Source: Vicinamibacterales bacterium
GTDB taxonomy: Bacteria > Acidobacteriota > Vicinamibacteria > Vicinamibacterales > JAMQPK01
DNA: 64,000 nt
NCBI GenBank assembly: GCA_963761975.1
Contig: CAVXIR010000007.1
Location: 558,965-622,964, forward strand
Reading direction: 5' to 3'
A program made the position numbers and the translations under genes. Numbering within the stretch: position 1 is the first letter of the stretch; each line of letters opens with the position of its first letter. Positions 8,192-17,596 of the stretch are shown here, piece after piece. The notes under the pieces are model-generated. The model did not search any database. It saw nothing but the letters and a program-made list of their open reading frames with translations, and was not told the DNA's origin.

Positions 8192-8338
8192 TCGCACTAT
8201 TCGCAGATTGTCAGATTCGTAGATTGTCAGATTCGCGAACTGTCAGATTGGAAGAATGACGATTGGAGGATTGCTCGATTGATTGGCCGTCGACATGTAT
8301 TTTCCAATCGCACAATCTGCGAATCTGCGAATCTTCCA
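8192..8338. repeat. imperfect palindrome built from CAGATTG / CAATCTG units
   Basis: Left half ATTCGCAGATTGTCAGATTCG..., right half ..CAATCTGCGAATCTGCGAATC. It fills the intergenic gap. Confidence 0.8.
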
Positions 8339-9547
8339 ATGCTCCGTCTCGTGCTGGCGCTCTTCCTCTGCACGCCGGTCTTTGCTGCTGACTGGCCACA
8401 ATTTCTCGGGCCGGCACGAAACGGCATCTACACCGGCGCGCCGCTGACCGAAAAATGGGCGTCGACGGGCCCGCGCGTCATCTGGCGCAAACAGGTCGGG
8501 CAGGGGCTGAGCGGACCGGTCGTCGCACAGAATCGACTCATTCTGTTTCACCGCGTCGCCGATCGCGAAGTCGTCGAATCGTTCGATGCGCTCACCGGTG
8601 CGCCGCAATGGCGCCACGCCTATCCCACAACGTATCGCGATGATTTCGGGTTCGATGAAGGGCCGCGCGCGGTTGCTGTTGTTAGCGATGGCCGCGTCTA
8701 CACCTATGGAGCGGAAGGCAAGCTGCATGCAGTCGAGCTGGCGACGGGGAAGCCCCTGTGGGACGTCGACGCCATGCGACAGTTCGAAGTGGCGAAGGGA
8801 TTCTTCGGCGCCGCCGGGTCGCCGCTGATCGACGAGGGAAAGGTCATCGCAAACATCGGCGGCAGGAAAGGCGGCATCGTCGCCTTCGATGCGCAAAGCG
8901 GGAAGGCGGTGTGGACGGCGACGGCCGATGCCGCCAGCTATTCCTCCGGAGTGGGCGCCACGATTCTCGGCCGCCGCTACGCGGTGTTTCTGACGCGTGA
9001 AGGGTTGGTCGGACTCGATCCCGCAACAGGGCAGGTTCGCTTTCAGCGCCCGTGGCGTGCACGCCAGGCGGCGTCTGTGAATGCGGCGACGCCGCTCGTG
9101 GTCGGCAACGCGATTTTCGTGTCGGCCGAGTACGGGCCTGGTGCCGGTCTTCTGCAGTTCGATGGCACGAAGCTCGTCGATGTGTGGCTGTCGAACGACG
9201 TACTGTCGAATCACTACGCGACGAGCGTTCATCACGAAGGGCATCTTTACGGCTTTCACGGCCGTCAGGAATTCGGCCCCGTGTTTCGCGCGGTTCATCT
9301 GCAGAGCGGAAAGGTGCTGTGGAGCACCGAGCGATTTGGCGCGGGAAGCGTGACGCTCGCCGGCAATCGTCTGCTGATCGTCCGCGAGACAGGTGAGTTG
9401 ATTCTTGCCGCAGCGTCGCCGAAGTCCTTCCAGACAATCGCGAAGGCGCAGATCGTTCCACCAACCGTTCGCGCCTATCCGGCGCTTGCCGACGGTGTGC
9501 TGTACGTCCGCAACGACGATACGCTGATTGCACTGGATCTTCGATGA
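8339..9547 (+). CDS. PQQ-like beta-propeller repeat protein (BamB-like fold), secreted
   Basis: Signal peptide MLRLVLALFLCTPVFAADWPQFLGP, then repeated G.V(Y/F)...dG.l.A.d..tG...W blades. Confidence 0.85.
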   Translation: MLRLVLALFLCTPVFAADWPQFLGPARNGIYTGAPLTEKWASTGPRVIWRKQVGQGLSGPVVAQNRLILFHRVADREVVESFDALTGAPQWRHAYPTTYRDDFGFDEGPRAVAVVSDGRVYTYGAEGKLHAVELATGKPLWDVDAMRQFEVAKGFFGAAGSPLIDEGKVIANIGGRKGGIVAFDAQSGKAVWTATADAASYSSGVGATILGRRYAVFLTREGLVGLDPATGQVRFQRPWRARQAASVNAATPLVVGNAIFVSAEYGPGAGLLQFDGTKLVDVWLSNDVLSNHYATSVHHEGHLYGFHGRQEFGPVFRAVHLQSGKVLWSTERFGAGSVTLAGNRLLIVRETGELILAAASPKSFQTIAKAQIVPPTVRAYPALADGVLYVRNDDTLIALDLR

Positions 9548-10179
9548 ATGCCCGTCACCCTTTGTGGTTAACACTGCGCGCGGCTTTTCTTGTGCTCGCG
9601 TCTGTGCTGCTTTCCGCACAGAGTCCTCAGGCACTGTTGACTCGCGCAGTCGGCCAGTTCGAGGCAGGGCAGGTTGCGGAGTCGGCGAGAACCTTCGATG
9701 AGCTCGCGAAACTCATCCCTGATGAAGCGTCTCAGCTGTGGCAGCGCGGCATTGCACTGTATTACGCGGGTCGTTTCACGGACTGCCGTCGCCAGTTCGA
9801 ATCGCACCGAACCGTCAATCCCGACGATGTCGAGAACGCGGCGTGGCATTTCCTCTGCGTTGCGCGGGAACAGACACCTGAAAAGGCGCGTGCGGCGCTG
9901 CTGCCGGTTGGGCCCGACTCACGTCTGCCGATGCGCGAGGTCTACCAGATGTTCCGCGGCACGCTCACGCCGCAGGACGTGTTGAAGGCCGCAGGGAATC
10001 AGCCCGGTGGATTGTTCTACGCCCACCTGTACATCGCGCTGTATTCGGAGGCGCTCGGCAGTGCAGATCTCGCGCGGCAGCACATCAAAGAGGCGGCCTC
10101 GGATCAATATGCCCGCGTTGGAGGCTACATGCACATGGTGGCCACGGTGCATCTCAAGGTTCGGGGTTCTGGGTTCTGA
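9544..10179 (+). CDS. TPR-like secreted hypothetical protein
   Basis: ATGA start/stop overlap with the upstream propeller gene. Signal peptide present. The last codons lie inside the GGTTCTG array. Confidence 0.6.
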   Translation: MNARHPLWLTLRAAFLVLASVLLSAQSPQALLTRAVGQFEAGQVAESARTFDELAKLIPDEASQLWQRGIALYYAGRFTDCRRQFESHRTVNPDDVENAAWHFLCVAREQTPEKARAALLPVGPDSRLPMREVYQMFRGTLTPQDVLKAAGNQPGGLFYAHLYIALYSEALGSADLARQHIKEAASDQYARVGGYMHMVATVHLKVRGSGF

Positions 10180-10270
10180 GGTTCTGGGTTCGCGAGCCAA
10201 AACGCGGAACCCAGAACCCGGAACCCAGAACGAGAACCCAGCACGTAGAACCCAGAACCTGGAACCGCAG
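10158..10270. repeat. palindromic array: GGTTCTG units on the left, CAGAACC units on the right, centred on GGTTCGCG-AGCCAAAA-CGCGGAACC
   Basis: Read directly. It lies between convergent genes. Confidence 0.9.
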
Positions 10271-10274
10271 AGAA

Positions 10275-11571
10275 CTAATTAGACGTCGTCTTCGCGGTCT
10301 TATCCCATGTCCGCAGAATCTGACCCGCCACTTTCTCCTTAGGAGCGCCTGGAACCGGCTCGAACTTCTGCACTCGCCCCGCCATGCAATCGGCAAGATA
10401 GAGGTTGCCCTTCTGGTCTGTCGACATGCCGTGCGAACAGTTCAGCCGTCCCGCCGGTCCACCCGGCGCGCCCCAGCTATACAGATGGTTGCCCTTCTGA
10501 TCGAACTTGAGGATCCGGGCCGTCGGCGAATCGCCGACCCAGATGAATCCGTCCTGATCGATGAAATGGTTGACCATCAGCGTGCCCTGGCTGCTCGGCC
10601 AGTGCGGCGAGCGCAGCGGCCACATGTCGAGGAATTTGCCGTTTTCGTCGAAGACCTGCATGCGCTGATGGCCGCGGTCGACAACGAAGAGCTTCCGGTC
10701 TGCGCTGATGGCGATGCTGTGGACGGTGTTGAACTCGTTCGGCCCGGGGTTCTGCGGGTCTTTCGGCGCCTGCCCCCAGTCCATGATGAACTTGCCGTTC
10801 GGGTCGAACTTCGCGACGCGCTTTCCGCCGTACCCGTCCGAGATAAAGTAGGTGCCGTCGGGCAGCCACGCGATGTCGGTCGGGCGATCGAACGTGTTCG
10901 GGCCCCGTCCGCGCACGCCGAGCTCGCCGTGCGTGAACACGAGCTTGCCATCGTAGGTGAACTTGTAGATCACGTGAAGCTGGTCGTCGATGATCCAGAC
11001 GTGCTTTTGTGGATCGGTACGGACTGATCTTGATCTGATGCGGTCCACGGCCGCACGGCAGCTTCGAAAACATCGGGTCGAGATGCGGCCATTCGTCGAC
11101 CAGGTTGCCTTCGCCGTCGACGATGATGATCGAGTGCTCGAAGCGCCGTTCCCATCCCCGTTTTTCGGTGGGCTCGCACGTGGCGCTAATCCCGTCGCCG
11201 TTGCCCGTCGCAACGCCGCGCGTCGGATTCAGCGCGGCATACGGCGTCCATGGTGCGGCGCCTTCGGGTAGCGGTAACTCGCCGCGCATCGCTATCCAGA
11301 TGCGATCGGGGGATTCGGCATAGACCCCGCCGAACGAGCCCCACGTCCAGCCCTGGTGCGGATGCCGCGTGTCGGGCAACGGCTTAGGCCAGTTCTCGAC
11401 GACGCGGTAGGGGCCGGTTGGCCAATCCTGATGACTCCACCGCTCGGTCTTCGCGGCGGCAGCTGTTTCGGGTTCGGGGGCCGGGGGTTGTGCGGTACTG
11501 CAGCCCGGAAGTCCGGACATCAGCAGCACCGACGCGGCGAACGCCGCGATCACACCATGAGTCCTGCGCAT
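10275..11571 (-). CDS. NHL-repeat six-bladed beta-propeller (peptidyl-alpha-hydroxyglycine lyase-like) lipoprotein, with a 1-nt frameshift near 11016
   Basis: ORF 10477..11571 gives the N-terminus with a lipobox (LMSGLPGC). ORF 10275..11213 gives the NHL blades. The frames join at ..HQIKISPY|DPQKHVWIIDD if one C of TACCGAT is removed. Confidence 0.8.
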
Positions 11572-11638
11572 AAGGAGCCTCCCTTTGTGGAGTGCGTGTT
11601 ACCTGATAACGGGTGGACCGGTCAAGATCGATCTCAAA

Positions 11639-11792
11639 GGTTCTGGGTGCTGGGTTCTGCGTGCTGGGTTCCGGTTCTAGGTTCTCGGTCGTAGGTGCTC
11701 GGTTCTAGGTTCTCTCGGTCGGCCGAGAGAATCAGGAACGGAACCAAATCTTGGAACAAAAACCCAGAACGCACAACCCAGCACCCAGAACC
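11639..11792. repeat. palindromic array of GGTTCTG/GGTGCTG units (left) and CCCAGAAC units (right), centred on CTCTCGGTCGGCCGAGAG
   Basis: Read directly. Confidence 0.9.
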
Positions 11793-11797
11793 GGTTC

Positions 11798-13186
11798 TCA
11801 CGCCCGCAAGTCGTAGCACAACAGTCGCGGCCCGGCACCGTTGATCACGTCTCGCGTGTTCTGCACAAGATAGAGAAGCCCGCGACTGAGCACGGGAAGC
11901 GCCCACGATTCGCGCGCGCCGAAGAGCCACGCCCGCGAAATTTCTTTGTAGCCTTTCGGCGAGAGATCCATCCACACGAGGTGGCCGAGCTCGCCCAGGC
12001 AGAGGAAGTGGCCATCGACCGCCAGCAGCGAGCCGCGATAGGTACTCAGAAGCTGTTCGCGCCGCTGCCCGCCGGCCGCAAAGGTTTCGTTCCATTCAGG
12101 CGTGGCTCGCCACATCACCTTGCCGCTCGCTGTATCGACACACGCGAGCGACGCGTCGGGTTCGTTGCGTCCGTCGAAGCCGTAGAGAAACCCATTGCGA
12201 TAGATTGGCGTGTTCCAATGCAGGCCGAATTCCTGCGTCGTCCAGAGGACGCGATGAGTGAAGTCAGGCCTGATTTCCAGCAGTGCGCCACCTGTCCGGT
12301 AGCTCGCCGAGATGAAGATCTTGTTGTCGAACACGACCGGACACGACGCATTGACAGATTCGAACGACCGGCTGCGCCAGGGAAACGTGAAGTCGACGCG
12401 GCCATTGGCCGGGTCGATCGACAGCAAGCCCCCTGTCGGAGGTGTGGATTCACCTCCCGCGAACACGAACACGCGCCGGCGTCCGTGCACGATGGCGGGA
12501 ACGGGCGATGCGTAGCTTGGCCCCCATTCCGTCCCGGCGCGCCACACCTCGCGGCCGGATGCCTTGTCGAGACCGACTACGCACGGTCCCCCTGGTGCGC
12601 CGACATTGACTATCAATAGCTTGTCTTCGACGAGCGGTGTCGTGGCCGTACCGAAGAAGTCCTGTGGCACCTTGTATTCGGCATTGATGTTCCGTCGCCA
12701 GACCAGCTTTCCCGAACGAATATCGAGACAGTGGAGCTGCCCCTGAGCGCCGAATGTGTAAACGAGATCGCCGTCGATGATCGGGCTCGACCGGGGGCCG
12801 TTGTTATACCCGTAGCGATCTTCGAAGTCCGTTCCATAGCGGAACTGCCAATATGGCGCCCCCGTGTATGCGTTCATGCACTCGACGATCTCTTCATTGC
12901 CGACGCGATGCACGAACGTAAGACGCTCTCCGATGATCGCCGGCGATGCGTAACTCGTGCCCTTCGGGAATTCCCAGACGAGCGGCGGAGGGAGTGTACG
13001 GCTCAGTCGCGTCTCGCTTGACACACCGTTGTGTGTCGGTCCGAGAAAGGACACCCAGTCGTGGGTCACCGCGTCTTTTGCAAGAACCTTTGGTTTGGCA
13101 TGTGCGCGCGCCTGTGCCGAAAGGCGAGAGCCCGCAGCGCTTGCCAGCAACGCTTCAAGGAGTGCACGACGGGACAAGCCCGGCAT
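11798..13186 (-). CDS. PQQ-like beta-propeller repeat protein with Tat-like signal (SRRALL)
   Basis: N-terminus [19 protein letters not shown]. Blade repeats are paralogous to the 8339..9547 product. Confidence 0.85.
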   Translation of the reverse strand: MPGLSRRALLEALLASAAGSRLSAQARAHAKPKVLAKDAVTHDWVSFLGPTHNGVSSETRLSRTLPPPLVWEFPKGTSYASPAIIGERLTFVHRVGNEEIVECMNAYTGAPYWQFRYGTDFEDRYGYNNGPRSSPIIDGDLVYTFGAQGQLHCLDIRSGKLVWRRNINAEYKVPQDFFGTATTPLVEDKLLIVNVGAPGGPCVVGLDKASGREVWRAGTEWGPSYASPVPAIVHGRRRVFVFAGGESTPPTGGLLSIDPANGRVDFTFPWRSRSFESVNASCPVVFDNKIFISASYRTGGALLEIRPDFTHRVLWTTQEFGLHWNTPIYRNGFLYGFDGRNEPDASLACVDTASGKVMWRATPEWNETFAAGGQRREQLLSTYRGSLLAVDGHFLCLGELGHLVWMDLSPKGYKEISRAWLFGARESWALPVLSRGLLYLVQNTRDVINGAGPRLLCYDLRA

Positions 13187-13295
13187 GTCGCAATCCTACA
13201 CGACCATGGCCATCACGAGACCGGCTCGCGCCCATCGACCAGACCGAACATCGCCCACCGCCCCCAGACCATCGCTCATCGACTATCATGATGGC

Positions 13296-13844
13296 GTGCA
13301 TCCCTGGCACGACTGCTACGTCGACGATTATTCAGTCGAGAAATCCTTTCCGGTCATCATCGAGGTGCCGAAGGGATCGAAGAACAAGTACGAGCTGGAC
13401 AAAGAGACCGGACTGCTGAAACTCGATCGCGTGCTGTTCAGCGCAGTGCACTACCCGGCCAACTACGGCTTTATTCCTCGCACGTACTGCGACGATGGCG
13501 ATCCGCTCGATGCGTTGGTCCTTGGGCAGGAGCCTGTGCACCCGCTCACGATTGTCGAGGCGCGGGCCATCGGCGTCATGCGGATGCGGGATGAGAAAGG
13601 GCTCGACGATAAGATTGTGGCCGTCAGCGTGGGGGACCCTGCGTTCAAGGACTACACGGATCATGCGCAGCTACCGAATCACATCCTTCGCGAGATCCGC
13701 AGGTTCTTCGAAGATTACAAAGTGCTCGAGCACAAGCAGGTGGTGGTCGAGGATTTGCTTGGACCACCGGATGCGCTGCGTCTCATCCGCGAGGCTTTGC
13801 TGCTGTATCAGCAGCTGCGGCGAGGAGAGCTGAAACACGCGTGA
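13296..13844 (+). CDS. ppa: family I inorganic pyrophosphatase (182 aa, GTG start)
   Basis: HPWHD.., [36 protein letters not shown] and [12 protein letters not shown] are hallmark PPase motifs. Confidence 0.93.
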   Translation: MHPWHDCYVDDYSVEKSFPVIIEVPKGSKNKYELDKETGLLKLDRVLFSAVHYPANYGFIPRTYCDDGDPLDALVLGQEPVHPLTIVEARAIGVMRMRDEKGLDDKIVAVSVGDPAFKDYTDHAQLPNHILREIRRFFEDYKVLEHKQVVVEDLLGPPDALRLIREALLLYQQLRRGELKHA

Positions 13845-13972
13845 GTTTCGGCGAATTCGCGGCCTCGCTCCTCTTCGGGTTTCTGTCAGTTCTGCTTCCG
13901 CTCGTCATCTTCATCGCGATCGTGGCCGGCTGCGTTTATGTAGCTCGCTGGTGGATCACGCGGAAGAGCTGA
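13841..13972 (+). CDS. possible 43-aa single-pass membrane peptide coupled to ppa
   Basis: GTGA start/stop overlap with ppa. Hydrophobic core [25 protein letters not shown]. Not in the ORF track because it is shorter than 60 aa. Confidence 0.3.
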   Translation: MSFGEFAASLLFGFLSVLLPLVIFIAIVAGCVYVARWWITRKS

Positions 13973-14278
13973 TCGACAAGCATCTCGACGCAGAGGCAGA
14001 AAAATCAGGTAGTGGGTCAGTTTGCCCGACTATGCATCTAAAAGGCAGGTAGTGTCTCAATTAGGCTGAGTGCTCGGCGCTCACGTTGAGAGCCGGAACC
14101 GGAGCCTCCGCGCGCTCGATCATCGCCACCACGTCGGCCATGTCCCACACGCGCTCGCTGAGCGAACTGCCTGACGCCCTGCGTGCGCACGTCGAAACCC
14201 TCCGCGCGAACCAACGTAACAATGGCAACCAAATTATTCAGATTTTATTCACGCACATCGCAAAGTGCTGACGATGAA

Positions 14279-14527
14279 TCACTTACCGTGACGAGCCTGA
14301 GCCGCATCTCTGGCTATCTGTGAGCGTCGTTTGGGCGACAGGCTAGCGGCTCGCGCGATTCCACCTCGTCTACCCAGCTCTACCGCTGCTTTACTCTTCC
14401 CGTCCTTGGTCAGCGACTCGTCGATTTCGCCAGTGGCGATCTTCATGACGTGGACGGCGTTCGATACGACGTCAGCGGGGCGCTTGTGTCCCTTGGGGGT
14501 TCTCGGCATATACTTACCGCTAAGCAT
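14279..14527 (-). CDS. small basic protein with C-terminal GG-x-ARA..LSP..R..IA..AA.AR module (82 aa)
   Basis: ..AAVELGRRGGIARAASLSPKRRSQIARDAAQARHGK. Paralogous to the 17339..17596 product. Confidence 0.6.
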   Translation of the reverse strand: MLSGKYMPRTPKGHKRPADVVSNAVHVMKIATGEIDESLTKDGKSKAAVELGRRGGIARAASLSPKRRSQIARDAAQARHGK

Positions 14528-14610
14528 AGCACGGTCACCCTTAACGCTGCGTCAGGATGCCCGAGACTTTACCAAGACTCGTCCGACCAACAGATAAAAG
14601 GAGCCCGTCG

Positions 14611-14973
14611 ATGCACGAAAGCAAGGACAACCTGCCAGTTCTACTCGATGCACCCGGTGCGACCCTCCGCGCGGTTCGAGGGGGTGAGATGACGGTCGGC
14701 TATGCAAAGTGCGCCGCAGGCACAGATTTTACGCCAGTCCTCAAGGGTCTCGAGGACGACATGTGCCAGTGCCCTCATTGGGGCTATGTTCTCAAGGGTG
14801 CGCTCCACCTGCGGTACACCGATGGCCGTGAGGAGACCGTTCGGGCTGGCGAGGTGTGGTACGCGGCACCAGGCCACACAGCGTGGTGCGACGAAGATAC
14901 GGAATACATCGACGTCAACCCGTCGCAAGACTTCGCACACGTAATCGATCACATAAGGAAGCAGATGCCGTAG
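14611..14973 (+). CDS. cupin-domain protein (120 aa)
   Basis: AAGGAG RBS 7 nt before the ATG at 14611. HWGYVLKG.....G......GE.WY..PGH is a cupin-like pattern. Confidence 0.65.
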   Translation: MHESKDNLPVLLDAPGATLRAVRGGEMTVGYAKCAAGTDFTPVLKGLEDDMCQCPHWGYVLKGALHLRYTDGREETVRAGEVWYAAPGHTAWCDEDTEYIDVNPSQDFAHVIDHIRKQMP

Positions 14974-15112
14974 ATGCAGGGCTGACGAAACAAGCGGCGT
15001 CCGGGTCGCTGAAGGCTGAGCACACCGCACTCAATCAGACTGTGACACTACCAAAAGGCAAAGTAGCTTGCCTACTCAAGCCGGGTGTATAGATCCTACA
15101 CAGGAGGCTCCA

Positions 15113-15391
15113 ATGAGACTAGTGATCATACGGATGGCTGCGGCGGCTGGTTTGATTGCGCTTGGTTGGACTGCAGGCCGGGCGGCTCAAGCGCCCCAAG
15201 CGGACTTCGAGATCGCGATCGCGTCTCCAGCCGGTACCACGACCGTCACCTGTACGCGCGGTTGTGGATTGCAGTTCATCCGAATGACGCCCGACAAGTC
15301 GAAGGCTGAGCGGTCCTTCACGTATACCTGTGGCGGCGGTGGCAATGCACCCAACTGCGGTGGATCCGCCCAGGGCTGGGTGATCCGGTAG
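15113..15391 (+). CDS. small secreted Cys/Gly-rich hypothetical protein (92 aa)
   Basis: AGGAGG RBS and signal peptide MRLVIIRMAAAAGLIALGWTAGRAAQA. Confidence 0.5.
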   Translation: MRLVIIRMAAAAGLIALGWTAGRAAQAPQADFEIAIASPAGTTTVTCTRGCGLQFIRMTPDKSKAERSFTYTCGGGGNAPNCGGSAQGWVIR

Positions 15392-15397
15392 GTTGCG

Positions 15398-16228
15398 CTA
15401 GTTCAGAAGTCCGACAATCTCCTCAACACTCCACACGTGATCGCTAACACCGGCCTCCATCGCTGGCGTCACTCGCAGCGTTTGATGGACGCGGGCGAAG
15501 TTGTAATACATGAAGTAGAGGGCCACCATCGCCGCATGATTCTCGATTTTCTTGCTGAACGCGTTTGTTAGACGCGTGAAACGTCGCATAGACATCCGCA
15601 TCGTGAGGTTCTGGCGCTCAACGAAAGACGTCGAGATGTGTTTCGGATCAGGCGTCCCGTTAACCTCGGTCCGCTTGCAGCCGACGCACACGGGCGGGCT
15701 ATACCGACCACCGCCGCTACCAGCGTTCGCGTAAATCTTATGGAGTTGGGCGTAGTCGATCTCGGTGCCGAACGCGAGATCTATGGCGTTCAGATAGACA
15801 CTGTGACCGTCTGTCGTCAGTTGCACCCGGTTCGCAAGCCGTGACGCCACGTCGTGCATGAAGACGCTCCCGGTTTCAAATGAGCGGTCGCCAATCTGGA
15901 AACTGATGATGAGCTTCGCGTCCGCGTCTATCGCGGTCCACGTCCAGATATCGCCCCATCCCGCCGCCCTTGTCTCTGGCGTCGTGTTCTTTTCCTTGGC
16001 GCCAACGAACGACCAAATTTCATCGCATTGAACGCGCTTCGTAGACAGGTTCCGGATGGCGTCGTTCTGGAATTTCGAGCACGCATCGCCGAGATCTGCG
16101 AGCAGCTTGACGATAGTGTTCTTGGACGCGCCAGTCATCCGCACCGTGGACCGGATGCTGCTGCCCTCAACCAGCGCCCTCATGACCGCCGCTCGCCGTG
16201 CCGTGCTCATCTGATTCATACTGACCAT
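15398..16228 (-). CDS. IS1-family DDE transposase, single ORF (276 aa)
   Basis: N-terminal HTH (LVEGSSIRSTVRMTGASKNTIVKLL), then VQCDEIWSFV, TWTAIDADAKLI, LTTDGHSVY and SFVERQNLTMRMSMRRFTRLTNAFSKK. I recognise these as the IS1/ISMhu11-type transposase core. Confidence 0.88.
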   Translation of the reverse strand: MVSMNQMSTARRAAVMRALVEGSSIRSTVRMTGASKNTIVKLLADLGDACSKFQNDAIRNLSTKRVQCDEIWSFVGAKEKNTTPETRAAGWGDIWTWTAIDADAKLIISFQIGDRSFETGSVFMHDVASRLANRVQLTTDGHSVYLNAIDLAFGTEIDYAQLHKIYANAGSGGGRYSPPVCVGCKRTEVNGTPDPKHISTSFVERQNLTMRMSMRRFTRLTNAFSKKIENHAAMVALYFMYYNFARVHQTLRVTPAMEAGVSDHVWSVEEIVGLLN

Positions 16229-16307
16229 TATGCTTGAACGCCTTTGTATGTCGACCGTGCCTACCCCTACGCATTTGTGGTAGTATCTTACTGCATAGGG
16301 GGTATGG

Positions 16308-17342
16308 ATGGCAGACGAGAAGCCGAAAACGGCCGCCGAGTTCGGGTCGGAAGGCGGTAAGAAGCGCGCCCAGCGGTTGACGCCAGATCAGCGCCGAGAC
16401 ATCTCCAGGCGCGCGGCAGAAGCCCGATGGGGCGCTCAGGGTCGTCTGAAGGTGCTGCGCGCCACGCACGAAGGGGCACTGACGATTGCTGGCGTCGTCA
16501 TCCCCGCTGCTGTGTTGGAGGACGGGACGCGGGTGCTTTCGCGTGCAGGCTTTCTAAAGGCGATCGGACGTACGGGGAAGGCGAAAGGCGGCAGACGCTA
16601 CGACGTTGAATCCAAAGTGCCTGTTTTCTTGACCGCTGAGAACCTTAAACCCTTTATTCCTGACGACTTAGTTGCTAATTCCAACCCGGTTCCTTTTCGG
16701 CCTCTTTCTGGAGCTTCGCTCGGTCTAGCGATGGGCTACAGGTACCAGCTCCTCCCTCAGGTTTGCCATGTGTTCATGGACGCGAAGGAAGCTGACGCGC
16801 TTCGCGCCAATCAGTTGCACATCGCTGAACAGTGCCGGATTCTGAGCCGGGGGTTCTCGATTGTCGGTTTGGCGGCGCTCATCGATGAGGCTACCGGCTA
16901 TCAGAACGTCACGGATCGAGAAAAGCTCGAATCAATTCTAAATACATACCTGGGTAAGGAATTGGCCGCATGGGCAAAGCGTTTCCCTGATGAGTTCTAC
17001 CGCCAGATCTTCCGCCTTCGTGGATGGCCTTGGGTAGGACGGACCAAGAACCCGCCCCAGATTGTGGGCAAGTACACGGACATCATCGTCTACCAACGCC
17101 TGGCGCCGTCCTTGGTCGAAACGCTGCGCCGCCTGAACCCGAAAGACGAAAAGGGAAACAGGCCCCATAAACGCCACCAGTACCTAAGCGCCGACGTGGG
17201 GCATCCCGCACTGGCTCAGCACGTTCATGCGACGACTGCAATTATGCGGACCTGCAAGACGTGGCCGGAGTTCCTAGGACGGCTGAAGATGGCCTTCCCG
17301 AAGGAGACCTCGGCGGATTGGTTGCCCTTCGGCGAAGACTAG
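16308..17342 (+). CDS. P63C-domain protein with N-terminal GG-K-KRA..LTP..R..IS..AA.ARW module (344 aa)
   Basis: Central and C-terminal pattern IDEATGYQ.., FPDEFYRQIFRLRGWPW.., VYQRLAP.., NPKDEKGNR.HKRHQYL matches what I remember of the P63C (phage-derived) domain. Confidence 0.7.
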   Translation: MADEKPKTAAEFGSEGGKKRAQRLTPDQRRDISRRAAEARWGAQGRLKVLRATHEGALTIAGVVIPAAVLEDGTRVLSRAGFLKAIGRTGKAKGGRRYDVESKVPVFLTAENLKPFIPDDLVANSNPVPFRPLSGASLGLAMGYRYQLLPQVCHVFMDAKEADALRANQLHIAEQCRILSRGFSIVGLAALIDEATGYQNVTDREKLESILNTYLGKELAAWAKRFPDEFYRQIFRLRGWPWVGRTKNPPQIVGKYTDIIVYQRLAPSLVETLRRLNPKDEKGNRPHKRHQYLSADVGHPALAQHVHATTAIMRTCKTWPEFLGRLKMAFPKETSADWLPFGED

Positions 17343-17596
17343 CGCCAGCGTGCTTCAGCCGCTTTCCGGGCGATAGCCTTGCGCTTCGCGGGACTGAGCG
17401 CCTTCGCTCGCGCCTTCCCGCCCTTGGACCCTCCGAGCTTCCCTAAAGCTACGGCAGCCGGGTTCTTGCCTTCGTTCGGAGGATCAGGCAGGGGCGAGCC
17501 GTCCAGTTTCTCGCCGATAGCTTGCTCGACGACTTTGCGCGCGATTACCGTAAAATCGTGTGGCGTGCCGCTTTTCTTGCTTGAGCGCCTAGGCAT
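17339..17596 (-). CDS. small basic protein with C-terminal GG-K-ARA..LSP..R..IA..AA.ARW module (85 aa)
   Basis: ..AAVALGKLGGSKGGKARAKALSPAKRKAIARKAAEARWR. Its 3' end overlaps the stop of the P63C gene by 4 nt, in convergent orientation. Confidence 0.6.
   Translation of the reverse strand: MPRRSSKKSGTPHDFTVIARKVVEQAIGEKLDGSPLPDPPNEGKNPAAVALGKLGGSKGGKARAKALSPAKRKAIARKAAEARWR

Noticed and set aside
11013-11020. A shared 8-mer ATCGGTAC at two frameshift sites (11013-11020, and the reverse complement at 48600-48607), hinting at a motif-specific systematic error or programmed slippage.
   Set aside because: The same 8-mer occurs at 55099-55106 inside an intact methyltransferase gene. In addition, the TldD shift can equally be placed in a GGG run about 15 nt away. 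The coincidence is not strong enough.
14086-14271. Small ORFs near the left end of the transposon (14086-14271 +, and 14038-14232 -).
   Set aside because: They have no RBS, no family resemblance and low-complexity content. The region more likely holds the subterminal transposase-binding sequence and the promoter or terminator for neighbouring cargo genes.
15392-16307. Terminal inverted repeats immediately flanking the IS1-type transposase gene (a plain ~0.9-kb IS).
   Set aside because: Only 6 nt separate the transposase stop from the neighbouring gene, and I found no convincing inverted repeat between 15380-15400 and 16229-16307. The real ends are the 17-bp TIRs at 14008 and 17659.
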